In this document: positions 7,773-17,302 of the stretch, piece after piece
How the letters are laid out: the number at the start of each line of letters is the position of its first letter
Numbering within the stretch: the first letter of the stretch is position 1
Assembly (NCBI GenBank): GCA_964356775.1
Contig: CAYHIQ010000002.1
Location: 1-29,519 of the forward strand
Reading direction: 5' to 3'
DNA length: 29,519 nucleotides
From: an uncultured Candidatus Saccharibacteria bacterium
GTDB lineage: Bacteria > Patescibacteriota > Minisyncoccia > Phycocordibacterales > Phycocordibacteraceae
Program-made: the position numbers and the translations under genes
Notes under the pieces: model-generated
The model's database searches: none
Told to the model about the DNA's origin: nothing
Seen by the model: the letters and a program-made list of their open reading frames with translations, nothing else

Positions 7773-9793
7773 AGCTGCTTATTATCACGCAAGCAGTCGA
7801 TGCTGAAGATTCAGTTCTCGGGTTTTTCGTACGCTGGATAGAAGAGTTTGCGAAACACGTTGAGCATATCGAGATTATCTGTCTCAAAGAAGGAAAGCAT
7901 AATTTGCCGGCAAATGTACGCGTGCATTCGCTCGGCAAAGAGCATTCGCCTGCGGCGCGGACGTTTTTTAGCCGCGTTACCTACATTTATCGTTTCCTCT
8001 CATTTGCAAGGAAACTTCGTGGCAGTTACGACACGGTTTTCGTGCATATGAATCCCGAGTATGTCGTTCTCGGTGGACTTTTCTGGCGAATATGGCACAA
8101 GCGCATTGCACTCTGGTACACGCACAAGAGTGTCGACACGAAACTTCGTCTCGCAGTGTTTTTAGCGGATAGCATTTTTACCGCTTCCAAAGAAAGCTTT
8201 CGACTGTATACGGGCGCATTACAGGTAATGGGACACGGTATTGATACAGAATTTTTCTCCCCCGATCCACGAATAAAGCGCGAGGATTGGATACTTTCCG
8301 TTGGACGGCTTACGCGCAGTAAGCGACATGATCTCGTGATTCGTGCTGCCGCGCAGGCAGGTCGGGAGCTTCGGATAGCGGGCGAAGGGCCGGAACGGGG
8401 GAATCTCGAGGCGCTCGCCAATACGCTCGGCGCTCGCGTCCATTTTTTGGGCGGCCTTTCCCAGATGCAGTTGCGGGATGAATACTTGAGAGCAGCCGTC
8501 TTTGTACACACCAGTGAGACGGGTAGTTTGGATAAAACAGTCCTCGAGGCGCTCGCGACGGACACACCTGTTATTACGACAAGCAGTGTTTATAAAGAAC
8601 TTCCGGTCGTTATCTCACAAGCAACGCCGGAAACTATTGTAGAAGCTCTGCAGCGCCCGCAAAAGGACGATAATCGGTCGGAAATTATTCGAGAAAAACA
8701 TTCGCTCCAGCATCTCATTCCTATGCTTGTTGAGGCGTTGCAGACGCCCCGCATCCTTTTTCTCTTTCCAACCTCGCGGGAAAATATCATGTCGAAGGTG
8801 CAAAAAGGGGAAGATGCGGATACTGCTCTGCGCGGACTCAATCACATACGAGGCGCTCGGTACGCCACCGTTGGAGACTATCCAGGGAATACGATTGTCT
8901 CTCGGCTGCCGAAAGTGTTGCAGGCATTTCTACTCCTGCCGCATCTTTTTACTTATGATTTCATCGTTGCTCAGGACAATCTGATGCTTGGGTATGTTGT
9001 TTCTATATGCGCACGTACATTTCGGCTGCGAACTCGCTGGATGTATCTGGCGATGAATTCATCCGTAGTAATGCGGCGCCACGCCACGCATCCAATTCGT
9101 CGGATTTTCTTGACATTGTTCTGGAAGAGCTACTTCCGGACTATCTGCCTCTCCTTCGAACAGATCGATGATTTCGTGCGGTTGGGAATCTCACGGGAAC
9201 GTCTTGCATTCGTTCCTCTCGGCGTGGATGTGCCATTTTTTGCTCATTCCGGTTCCGAGAATGAGGGGGCATATGTCGCAAGTGTCGGTCGCGACGCCGG
9301 TCGCGATTATGAGACGCTCTTCCGCGCGGCGGAGCGTGTTTCGCATCCGTTTTCCGTAATAGCGGGCCGCTCAAACATCCCGTCCGATATGTTCATTCCA
9401 GCGAACGTGTCGGTGTGTTATGACCGCAATTATCTCGAGGTTCGCGATCTATATGCGCACGCACGATTCGTCGTCGTCGCTTCAAAGGATGTGCGTGCGC
9501 GGGACGGTTCGGACTGCTCGGGACAGACGGTCGTTCTTGATGCGCTTGCGGCTGGTAAGACTGTCATCGCGACGCGCCTCCCGTGGATTACCGATTACTT
9601 AGTTCCCGACGAGGATCTCGTCGTCGTGGAGCCCAATGATCCAATGGCTCTCGCGCAGGCGATAGAAATACTCTGGCAAGATGATGAAAGAAGGATGCGT
9701 CTCGCCGCGTCGGGCCATGCGAAAGTGATCAAGCACTACGCGACGGATCGATTCGCTGCTTCTTTATTGAGACTCATGGAAACCATGATATGA
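7769..9793 (+). CDS. Two-domain glycosyltransferase: GT4-GT4 fusion (674 aa)
   Basis: Domain 1 MKLLIITQAVD...GHGIDT...VGRLTRSKRHD...SETGSLDKTVLEALA; domain 2 starts ~aa 326 (PRILFLFP)...PLGVD...VGRDAGRDY...SGQTVVLDALAAGKTVIAT. Confidence 0.85.
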   Translation: MKLLIITQAVDAEDSVLGFFVRWIEEFAKHVEHIEIICLKEGKHNLPANVRVHSLGKEHSPAARTFFSRVTYIYRFLSFARKLRGSYDTVFVHMNPEYVVLGGLFWRIWHKRIALWYTHKSVDTKLRLAVFLADSIFTASKESFRLYTGALQVMGHGIDTEFFSPDPRIKREDWILSVGRLTRSKRHDLVIRAAAQAGRELRIAGEGPERGNLEALANTLGARVHFLGGLSQMQLRDEYLRAAVFVHTSETGSLDKTVLEALATDTPVITTSSVYKELPVVISQATPETIVEALQRPQKDDNRSEIIREKHSLQHLIPMLVEALQTPRILFLFPTSRENIMSKVQKGEDADTALRGLNHIRGARYATVGDYPGNTIVSRLPKVLQAFLLLPHLFTYDFIVAQDNLMLGYVVSICARTFRLRTRWMYLAMNSSVVMRRHATHPIRRIFLTLFWKSYFRTICLSFEQIDDFVRLGISRERLAFVPLGVDVPFFAHSGSENEGAYVASVGRDAGRDYETLFRAAERVSHPFSVIAGRSNIPSDMFIPANVSVCYDRNYLEVRDLYAHARFVVVASKDVRARDGSDCSGQTVVLDALAAGKTVIATRLPWITDYLVPDEDLVVVEPNDPMALAQAIEILWQDDERRMRLAASGHAKVIKHYATDRFAASLLRLMETMI

Positions 9794-10890
9794 CCAGCAA
9801 AACACCTCTTTCATTTTATGTGAATCCTGCGTGGCGTCGAGCCGGGGCGCACCACACACCGCTTCTGAATCCGTGGTGGGGCAATCCTTATGGCGAAGAA
9901 TCGCTTTTCTCGAAACAGATGTTTGACGCGTATGCATGCGATACCGATTACTACACCATTACCGATGATATAAAGAATGCAGATCTGGTGCTCGCGCCGT
10001 ATCGGCATAACTGGCTTTTGCCGTTCGATAACGATCTACTCGCAGAGTGCATCGGCTTCGCGCGCGCCAAAAATCTCCCACTTCTCATCGACGGCACGGG
10101 GGATATAGAGAAGAGTATCGATGCGGAAGATATCTATGTTTTGCGTTACGGCGGGTATCGATTTTTATCCGAACCGGGACGGATCCAGATACCACTCTAT
10201 GTGGACGATCTTTTGGAGCGATGTAGAGACGGCAAGCTTGAATTGCGCAAGAAACATGAAGGGAAGCCAGTGGTCGGCTTCGCCGGCTGGGCGAAGCTTT
10301 CTCCAATGCAACACCTGCGGACAATCATAAAGGAATTGCCGGTGCGTTTGCGGGGCATTTTCGACTCGCGTTTCCGCGCGTGCACCAAGGGAGTGTTGTG
10401 GCGCGAGAAGGTCATTGGCCTTCTCAGGCGATCATCGCAAGTCGTGCTGAACGTGCGCGAACGCGGATCCTTCTCCGCGAATCGGAGAACTGCGGAGAAG
10501 GACCCGCGGGAACTCCGGGAAGAGATGGTTGAAACTATCCTAGAGAGTGACTATGCTCTCGATGTGCGCGGAGATGCAAACAATTCAGCCAGGCTTTTTG
10601 AGATACTGTCCCTCGGACGCATTCCCGTCATCGTAGACACAGAACGGAATTTCCCCTTTACGGACAGAGTCGATTATTCGTCGTTCGCACTTGTCGTCGA
10701 TTTCCGCGACATCAATCATCTGCCCGAGCTGGTCGCCGAATTTCATAAGCGCATTTCACCGGAATCTTTTGAAGAAATGCAAAGAAATGCACGCGATATC
10801 TACGTTCGTTATTTCCGTATCGATGCGGTCATGCGTACTGTCGTTCCTGAGCTTCGCGTGCGGCTCGCAGTGCGCGCGGCGGGGCGCTAG
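9790..10890 (+). CDS. Exostosin-like (GT47) glycosyltransferase
   Basis: C-terminal LESDYALDVRGDANNSARLFEILSLGRIPVIV...FPFTDRVDYSSFALVV matches the exostosin signature S.F.L.P.G....S.R..E.L..G.IPV.....LPF...IDW as I recall it. Confidence 0.75.
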   Translation: MTSKTPLSFYVNPAWRRAGAHHTPLLNPWWGNPYGEESLFSKQMFDAYACDTDYYTITDDIKNADLVLAPYRHNWLLPFDNDLLAECIGFARAKNLPLLIDGTGDIEKSIDAEDIYVLRYGGYRFLSEPGRIQIPLYVDDLLERCRDGKLELRKKHEGKPVVGFAGWAKLSPMQHLRTIIKELPVRLRGIFDSRFRACTKGVLWREKVIGLLRRSSQVVLNVRERGSFSANRRTAEKDPRELREEMVETILESDYALDVRGDANNSARLFEILSLGRIPVIVDTERNFPFTDRVDYSSFALVVDFRDINHLPELVAEFHKRISPESFEEMQRNARDIYVRYFRIDAVMRTVVPELRVRLAVRAAGR

Positions 10891-10899
10891 TGCTACCAT
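10891..10899 (+). promoter_or_regulatory. Extended -10 TGcTACCAT, 7 nt before ATG 10907
   Basis: Read directly, immediately after the stop at 10890. Confidence 0.45.
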
Positions 10900-10906
10900 G
10901 AGCGTC

Positions 10907-11305
10907 ATGCGCATACTGAAGTTCCTCACGACCGGAATCATCGGCGTTAGCATGAATCTCGGGCTCTTTTATACGTTATATGTGGTCGGTGTGCCGTATC
11001 TTGCGGGGTCCGCTACAGCATTTCTCTGCGCACTTCTCGCGGGTTTCGTTCTCCAGAAGTACTGGACGTTTGAAGACCGTGCGCCGGAGCGCTTACGCTC
11101 GCAATTTGCGCAGTATGCGGCACTCGCACTCGCGAATCTCGTGCTCAATACGGGAGTCGTGTACGTCCTTGTCGGGAGATTCGGCGTGTACTATCTGTTC
11201 GCGCAGGCGGTCGGAGCCGCGCTCGTCGCGGTCGACAGCTTCATCGCTTATCATCTGTTCATTTTCAGGCGACAGCAGGACAGTGGCGGAGCAGCCGGAG
11301 TATGA
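10907..11305 (+). CDS. GtrA-family small membrane protein (lipid-linked sugar translocase)
   Basis: 132 aa with four hydrophobic segments: KFLTTGIIGVSMNLGLF...QKYWTF...QFAQY..L...NLVLN...AQAVG...FIAYHLFIF. Start moved from 10691 to 10907 (alternative 10898). Confidence 0.82.
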   Translation: MRILKFLTTGIIGVSMNLGLFYTLYVVGVPYLAGSATAFLCALLAGFVLQKYWTFEDRAPERLRSQFAQYAALALANLVLNTGVVYVLVGRFGVYYLFAQAVGAALVAVDSFIAYHLFIFRRQQDSGGAAGV

Positions 11306-11324
11306 GTATACTGAACGTCATATT

Positions 11325-12341
11325 GTGAAAAATAAACGCACTTATTTTATTACCGGCGTGGCGGGCTTCCTTGGGAGTCATCTCGCAGAAGATCTTCTTA
11401 AAGAGGGGCATCGCGTGATTGGCTGTGACAATCTCGCCGGCGGGTACCTTGATAATATTCCGACCGGAGTTGAATTTCACCGAGCTGATTGTCTCGATCG
11501 TGCCAAGATGGCTGATCTCATGCGCGGTGTGGATGTGGTGTACCACACGGCAGCACATGCTCATGAAGGGCTCTCTGTCTTCTCTCCACATCTGATTACA
11601 CAAAGCATCTACGGCGCAACGGTGTCGGTCGTGTCGGCTGCGATCGCGAATAAAGTAAAACGATTCATACAATGCTCCTCGATGGCGCGCTACGGGACGC
11701 AGCCAACCGTACCTTTTACTGAAGATATGACGCCTCTTCCGCAGGATCCCTATGGCATTGCGAAATACGCCGCTGAGCTTACCGTGCGCAATCTCTGCGA
11801 AGTCCACGGCATGGAATATGTCATTGCTGTGCCGCATAACATCATCGGTCCTCGACAACGATATGAGGATCCGTTCCGCAACGTCGCGTCTATCATGATC
11901 AATCTAATGCTCCAGGGTCGCCAACCGATTATTTATGGCGACGGAGAGCAGATGCGCAGTTTTTCATTTGTGGACGATGTGGTTGCACCACTGAAGCGTA
12001 TGGCCACTGACGCAGCACCCGTTGGAGAGGTTATTAATATCGGTCCCGATGATCAGTTCATTACTATAAATGAACTCGCCACAATTCTTGCCAAGCTGAT
12101 TGCTTTCAAGCTTGCTCCGATCTATATGCCCGGCCGGCCGCAAGAAGTGAGGTATGCAACCTGTAGTGCGGACAAGGCGCGGAAACTTCTTGATTACAAA
12201 ACCACCGTGCCGCTCGAGGAAGGGCTCAAGAGCATGATCGAGTACATCCGCACGCGAGGTCCGAAGCCATTCCTCTACCATCTCGACCTCGAGATCGTGA
12301 GCGACAAGACGCCGCGAACATGGAAGGATCGACTGTTCTGA
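11325..12341 (+). CDS. NAD-dependent nucleotide-sugar epimerase/dehydratase (extended SDR, GalE-like)
   Basis: ITGVAGFLGS, CDNL, SSMARYG, PYGIAK (YxxxK), IYGDGEQMRSFSFVDDVV. Probable start GTG 11325; the 10980 extension overlaps gtrA and is low-complexity. Confidence 0.88.
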   Translation: MKNKRTYFITGVAGFLGSHLAEDLLKEGHRVIGCDNLAGGYLDNIPTGVEFHRADCLDRAKMADLMRGVDVVYHTAAHAHEGLSVFSPHLITQSIYGATVSVVSAAIANKVKRFIQCSSMARYGTQPTVPFTEDMTPLPQDPYGIAKYAAELTVRNLCEVHGMEYVIAVPHNIIGPRQRYEDPFRNVASIMINLMLQGRQPIIYGDGEQMRSFSFVDDVVAPLKRMATDAAPVGEVINIGPDDQFITINELATILAKLIAFKLAPIYMPGRPQEVRYATCSADKARKLLDYKTTVPLEEGLKSMIEYIRTRGPKPFLYHLDLEIVSDKTPRTWKDRLF

Positions 12342-12351
12342 ATACCGCATC

Positions 12352-13089
12352 ATGTATCTCGGCAAAAAAGTAAGCATCGTCCTTCCGATCTACGACGAAT
12401 GTCAGAGTGTGCGCGCGGCTATTGAGGAATTCCTCCGCCATCCGGCCGTGGATGAGATCATCGCCGTTGATAACAACTCGAAAGATGGCAGCGATGCCGA
12501 GATCAAGCTCACCTCGGCGAAGTATGTGAAGGAAATGAAGCAAGGATACGGAGCGGCGCTTCGGCGCGGTATGCGCGAGGCGACGGGCGACCTTATTGTC
12601 ACGTGCGAGCCGGACGGTACATTCCGCGCGAGCGATCTTGACCGGCTTCTCGTCTACAGTCAGGAATACGATGTCGTACTCGGTACACGCACCTCAAGGA
12701 GTCCGGTCTGGTCCGGCGGCGATCCGGGAGTAAACATGGACTTCGCGCTTCGCATGGGCAATTGGGCGGTCGCAAAGCTTCTCGAGTATCTGTTTGGCGG
12801 CCCCTCCCTCACGGACGTTGGTTGCAGTTACAAACTCATTCATCGCTTAGCGTACGAACAAGTAAAAGATTCGTTCACGGTCGACGGCAACTGGTTCTCT
12901 CCGGAATACATTATTCGCGTGCTCGAGCGCCGGCTTTCTGTCGTGGAAGTTCCGGTGCGTTACGGTGCGCGCATCGGAACTTCGAAAATTACTGGGAAAC
13001 GATCGAAAGCTATTGCGCTCGGGTTCCGTATGATAGGGTTCATCCTCTTCGAACGAATAACATCATGGATTCCTCATGCATCCGCATAA
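12352..13089 (+). CDS. Glycosyltransferase family 2, polyprenol-phosphate glycosyltransferase (DPM1/GtrB-like)
   Basis: SIVLPIYDE, VDNNSKDGS, QGYGAAL..G, DVVLGTR, LTDVGCSYKL, VEVPVRY..RIGTSK. Confidence 0.85.
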   Translation: MYLGKKVSIVLPIYDECQSVRAAIEEFLRHPAVDEIIAVDNNSKDGSDAEIKLTSAKYVKEMKQGYGAALRRGMREATGDLIVTCEPDGTFRASDLDRLLVYSQEYDVVLGTRTSRSPVWSGGDPGVNMDFALRMGNWAVAKLLEYLFGGPSLTDVGCSYKLIHRLAYEQVKDSFTVDGNWFSPEYIIRVLERRLSVVEVPVRYGARIGTSKITGKRSKAIALGFRMIGFILFERITSWIPHASA

Positions 13090-13102
13090 TGCCATACAGA
13101 GC

Positions 13103-14869
13103 ATGACCGAGTTCTTGGGACGACACCGCCCTCTCGTGGTGCTCCTTGCTCTGATACTCACACTGTCTCTCATCCCTGCTCTCGAAATATTCTTTTTCCT
13201 CGGAAACTCGTGGCAGGGTATTCCACCAGTGTTCGGCGATGAGACGCTCTATCATGCTCGCGTGCAGACCATAGTTCAGGGTCACACAGGAGGCAATCCC
13301 TATTTTATGGAGCACAGCGACGGACCTCCACTCGTTGTCTTCGGTGGCGCGTGGCTCAATGCGATTCCAGGTTTACTTGGCGTTTCATTCAATACAACGC
13401 TACTGCTCAATTTCATGTTGTGGAGTTTATTGTTTGCTTTGTCGGCGTTCTATCTGTTTCGTGAATTACGGGTACCGCCTTGGGTGGCTGTAGGCAGTAC
13501 TGTTTTTGTATACCTACAGTCGTATGCACATGTGTGGCGGCCCGCCAACCTTCAGCCAGTGTACCCATTCATTTTCCTATTTTATCTTGTCCTCGCACGT
13601 TTTATGCGTGAGCAGAGCCGGAGAAATAGCATACTGCTAGCTCTTGCAACGGGTGCAACATTTTACCTATATGCTTTTTTGTGGCAAATCGCTGTTGTCA
13701 CGCTCGGTCTTCTTGCTCTCTACGCGTTTGCGCAGAAGAATTGGCCGCTTTTGAGAGCAACAATTTTCTCGTCCTGTATCGGCGGCGCCATCGGACTTCC
13801 AGTGCCGCTCTATGTAGTATGGCTTTCGCATACGTCACCCTATTTCTGGGAGAGTCTTGGTCGTCTTGGGCTCGTGAACACGCATCTGCCGATGGCCGAG
13901 GTCATGTATTCGGGCGGATGGATCGGCATTGTGCTTGTATTGCTTCTCGTGCTCTCTAGGAAGGTGCAGATGTTGCGAGAAGACGTGGCTTTTGTGTCGC
14001 TCGGACTTTTTCTCACTATAAGCGGGTTTGGACTCTGGGGTATGCAGGGGAGTAATCTCATTACCGGCAAATTATTTGAAACGGCTGAGCACGTACGCAT
14101 ATTGATTCTCCCGTGGCTCGTATTCGCTACTGTTAGTTTGGGTGTATTTCTTTGGGAGCGGCGTGTACTCATGTCGAAATCAGTCCGGGTATTTTCGATC
14201 GCGGTAATCATTCTATTATCTGGAGCGCATGGATATTTCTTGAGGGAGTACATAGCTCCATTTTTACCGGCAAGCATCAGTCGCGAATCGTGGCAGACGC
14301 AGCAGCTCTATGCAAAACCTTTTGCGTGGTTGCAACAGCAGGAGAAAGATCCAATTGTCGTATGGAGCGACCCACATGATTTTCTCGCTACAGATCTTCC
14401 GGTCTTTACTCGACACTTCGCCTTGTATGCCTATTGGGGAATGCTTGAGTTGGTGCCTGAAGGTGAGATTCGTGAACGGTATCTCATCTCACAGTATTTT
14501 AATAATCCGACACTTTCTGATCTCAAATCAGAAAGTGAAATGTCGCTCTATCTTGGTCGTCACGATTTTCCTCATGAAGCGAAGACTGTTGAGCGGGGAA
14601 TTAAGCTCTGTCGAATACTGTTCTTTTGGGATACGCATAAAGAGTGTGGAACGCCCCCGACGCCGCAAAGCCTCTTGGGGGAAAAATTCTTCACCGATCT
14701 CGAGAGTAAGTTTCAGACCGACATAAAGCCGAACATCAAAACGTACCTGAAGAAGTATCATGTTGCGTACATACTGAAGGACAAGGTGCTCAATCCTACG
14801 TATCATCCCGAAACCCTTGGGGCGAAGCTGGTGTACGCTGATGACAGGTTCGAAATTTATCACCTTTAG
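13103..14869 (+). CDS. Polytopic membrane protein, probable GT-C-fold glycosyltransferase (alternative start 13076)
   Basis: About 11-13 hydrophobic segments, an acidic first-loop motif GDETLYHARV, and a ~190 aa soluble C-terminal domain; lies directly after GtrA and GT2 genes. Confidence 0.55.
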   Translation: MTEFLGRHRPLVVLLALILTLSLIPALEIFFFLGNSWQGIPPVFGDETLYHARVQTIVQGHTGGNPYFMEHSDGPPLVVFGGAWLNAIPGLLGVSFNTTLLLNFMLWSLLFALSAFYLFRELRVPPWVAVGSTVFVYLQSYAHVWRPANLQPVYPFIFLFYLVLARFMREQSRRNSILLALATGATFYLYAFLWQIAVVTLGLLALYAFAQKNWPLLRATIFSSCIGGAIGLPVPLYVVWLSHTSPYFWESLGRLGLVNTHLPMAEVMYSGGWIGIVLVLLLVLSRKVQMLREDVAFVSLGLFLTISGFGLWGMQGSNLITGKLFETAEHVRILILPWLVFATVSLGVFLWERRVLMSKSVRVFSIAVIILLSGAHGYFLREYIAPFLPASISRESWQTQQLYAKPFAWLQQQEKDPIVVWSDPHDFLATDLPVFTRHFALYAYWGMLELVPEGEIRERYLISQYFNNPTLSDLKSESEMSLYLGRHDFPHEAKTVERGIKLCRILFFWDTHKECGTPPTPQSLLGEKFFTDLESKFQTDIKPNIKTYLKKYHVAYILKDKVLNPTYHPETLGAKLVYADDRFEIYHL

Positions 14870-14878
14870 TCACGCTCT

Positions 14879-15580
14879 ATGCAAATGCTTCACAACACTC
14901 CCCGTAACGAGCCGTTTGGTGCAGATGGTTTGCGGCGCATGTACCGTGCTCGTTTCGCGGGAAGACAGATGTATAGGGACAGCGTGTGGGGCGTCTTGAT
15001 TCGAGATTATTTCCAGCGATTGGTTCGCCCAGAGGATGTGGTGCTCGACATGGGCGCGGGATATGGGGAATTCATAAACCATATTCGATGCGGCAAGAAA
15101 TACGCGCTCGATTTGAACCCCGATACTGCCGATCGAGTGAGTGGTGATGTCGAAGTGATTGCGCAGGAATGTTCTGCGTCGTGGCCGTTTCCAGACAATC
15201 ATCTCGACGTCGTATTTACGAGCAATTTTTTAGAGCATCTTCCGGACAAGCGGGCGCTCTCGCGGACGCTTGGCGAGGCAAACCGCTGTCTCAAGCCTGA
15301 CGGACGCCTTATCGCGATGGGGCCGAACATAAGATATCTTCCCGGGGCGTACTGGGACTTTATCGACCACCATATCCCGCTTACCGAACAATCGCTTTCC
15401 GAGGCGCTCGGGCAGCAAGGGTTCCGCATAGAGAAATGCATCGATAGATTCCTGCCGTTCACGATGGTAAACGGACCGCAGTACCCCGTCTTCTTTCTTG
15501 CAGTCTATCTGCGGATTCCGTTTATCTGGCGCATCTTCGGGAAGCAATTCCTCGTTCTGGCAAAGAAGGAAAGCCTATGA
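14879..15580 (+). CDS. Class I SAM-dependent methyltransferase
   Basis: VLDMGAGYG, ALDLNP, DVVFTSNFLEHL, CLKPDGRLI. Confidence 0.88.
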   Translation: MQMLHNTPRNEPFGADGLRRMYRARFAGRQMYRDSVWGVLIRDYFQRLVRPEDVVLDMGAGYGEFINHIRCGKKYALDLNPDTADRVSGDVEVIAQECSASWPFPDNHLDVVFTSNFLEHLPDKRALSRTLGEANRCLKPDGRLIAMGPNIRYLPGAYWDFIDHHIPLTEQSLSEALGQQGFRIEKCIDRFLPFTMVNGPQYPVFFLAVYLRIPFIWRIFGKQFLVLAKKESL

Positions 15581-16701
15581 AGATGTATTACGTCGCGAAC
15601 GCCCGCATGCCGAACGAAAAGGCGCACGGCATCCAGATAGCCAAGATGTGCGAGGCTTTTATAGAGGCCGGCGTCGACCTGACGCTCGTCGTGCCGAAAC
15701 GATGGTCGCCGCCATCGGATATGCAGACATTTTATGCGCTCCGCACTCCAGTGCCGCTCGTGCAGCTCTGGATCCCGAGACTCTACCAGTTCGGGAAATT
15801 CGGTTTTTTCTTCAGCTCGCTGTACTTCATGGTGCGGTACTCTTTCTTCCTGGTCGGAAGGCGCGTTCGAGGAGAGAGGTTCCTGATATATACGGTAGAC
15901 ATGGATTCTTTTTCAAGTACTCTCCTTCCGCTCTTCGGTCCGTGTGTGATTGAAATGCACTCGCCTAAAAACACTACTATCGCGTCGCGATTTTTCTTTC
16001 GCAATGCTATTGGTGTAATCGCCACCAACCCGCTCATCCAGGAAGCACTGATACAGACGTTTGCACTTCTTCCGAAACGCGTTGTTGCTGAACCCAATGG
16101 CGTCGACGGTGCATTTTCCGAGCAGAAGCTCTCCAAAGAGGAGGCGCGCCATACTCTTTCGCTTCCTGCCGGCTTAAAGTTGGCACTCTATGTCGGCCGC
16201 ATGTACGAGTGGAAAGGTCTGGAAGTAGTATCTGCCACCGCTGAGCGGCTCGCAGAAAAGAATATTACTCTCGGCATCGTCGGCGCGACGCGTGAGGAGT
16301 TCGAGCGAGTGACAAAACGATCAGGAGAGCGGATTGTTTTTTATGGCGGCCATCCAAGTGCGGAGATACCTACATGGCTCGCGGCAGCGGACGCCCTCTT
16401 CGTTGTCGGTACGAAGCGCGACGAAGCATCGTATCGTTACACCGCGCCGATGAAGATATTTGAATACCTGGCGGCGCGGCGTCCGGTGGTCGCGACAAGG
16501 ACTCCTGCGCTTGAGAGTTTAATTGCTGACGAGGTTGTATGGTGTGATCCGGATGATGCGGAAGATCTCGCGCGAGCGCTCGCACAGGCGATAGAACGTC
16601 CCGATTTCGCTCGCCTCACGCGTGCGTCTTCGCTCGCGCAGAACCACGCGTGGGGCGCTCGCGCGCAGCGCATTATGCATTTTATCGAACACCATGACTG
16701 A
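15577..16701 (+). CDS. Glycosyltransferase family 4
   Basis: ARMPNEKAHGIQIAKMCEAF, PNGVD, YVGRMYEWKGLE, YTAPMKIFEYLAARRPVVAT. Confidence 0.9.
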   Translation: MKMYYVANARMPNEKAHGIQIAKMCEAFIEAGVDLTLVVPKRWSPPSDMQTFYALRTPVPLVQLWIPRLYQFGKFGFFFSSLYFMVRYSFFLVGRRVRGERFLIYTVDMDSFSSTLLPLFGPCVIEMHSPKNTTIASRFFFRNAIGVIATNPLIQEALIQTFALLPKRVVAEPNGVDGAFSEQKLSKEEARHTLSLPAGLKLALYVGRMYEWKGLEVVSATAERLAEKNITLGIVGATREEFERVTKRSGERIVFYGGHPSAEIPTWLAAADALFVVGTKRDEASYRYTAPMKIFEYLAARRPVVATRTPALESLIADEVVWCDPDDAEDLARALAQAIERPDFARLTRASSLAQNHAWGARAQRIMHFIEHHD

Positions 16702-17302
16702 ACTCTGGACCGGAAAAATATATGCCCGAGATGGATTTACGCGTACGAACGTACTCGGCGCCACTGTGGCGCTCGACATAGGATGCGGAAATCGCAGACT
16801 TCCCGGCGCGCGCGGTGTCGACATTCTTTCGCTTCCAGCCGTTGATGTCGTACACGATCTAGCGCGATTTCCGTGGCCGTTTGCCGACTCAAGCATCGAT
16901 CTTGTCCTTGCCAATCATTTTTTGGAACATTCGGAGGACGTCGTGCGTACCATGGAGGAAGTGTATCGGATACTCTCGCCAGGCGGCCGTTTCGTCATCC
17001 AGGTTCCATATTTTCGCAGCGTAGATGCGATTAATGATCCTACGCATCGCCGATTTTTCTCTTCGCAGTCGCTCGATTATTTCATCGAAGGTTCGAAATT
17101 GTTCGATTATCATTATGCTAAGGCGTGTTTTGCAAGGCGTGGATTCTGCTACGGATGGCCGCATCCTTCCAAGAATCCGCTCAAGCGGTTTGGCAAGGCT
17201 CTCATCACGAGGCATCCTCATTTCTATGACCAATACCTCTCGTTACTTTTTCCGATGAAGTGCCTTACCTGGGAGCTCGAGGCAGTCAAAACGGAGATCT
17301 AG
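16694..17302 (+). CDS. Class I SAM-dependent methyltransferase (type 11-like)
   Basis: LDIGCG, VVHDLARFPWPFADSSID..LANHFLEH, EVYRILSPGG, VPY...DPTH. Start moved to ATG 16694. Confidence 0.85.
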   Translation: MTELWTGKIYARDGFTRTNVLGATVALDIGCGNRRLPGARGVDILSLPAVDVVHDLARFPWPFADSSIDLVLANHFLEHSEDVVRTMEEVYRILSPGGRFVIQVPYFRSVDAINDPTHRRFFSSQSLDYFIEGSKLFDYHYAKACFARRGFCYGWPHPSKNPLKRFGKALITRHPHFYDQYLSLLFPMKCLTWELEAVKTEI

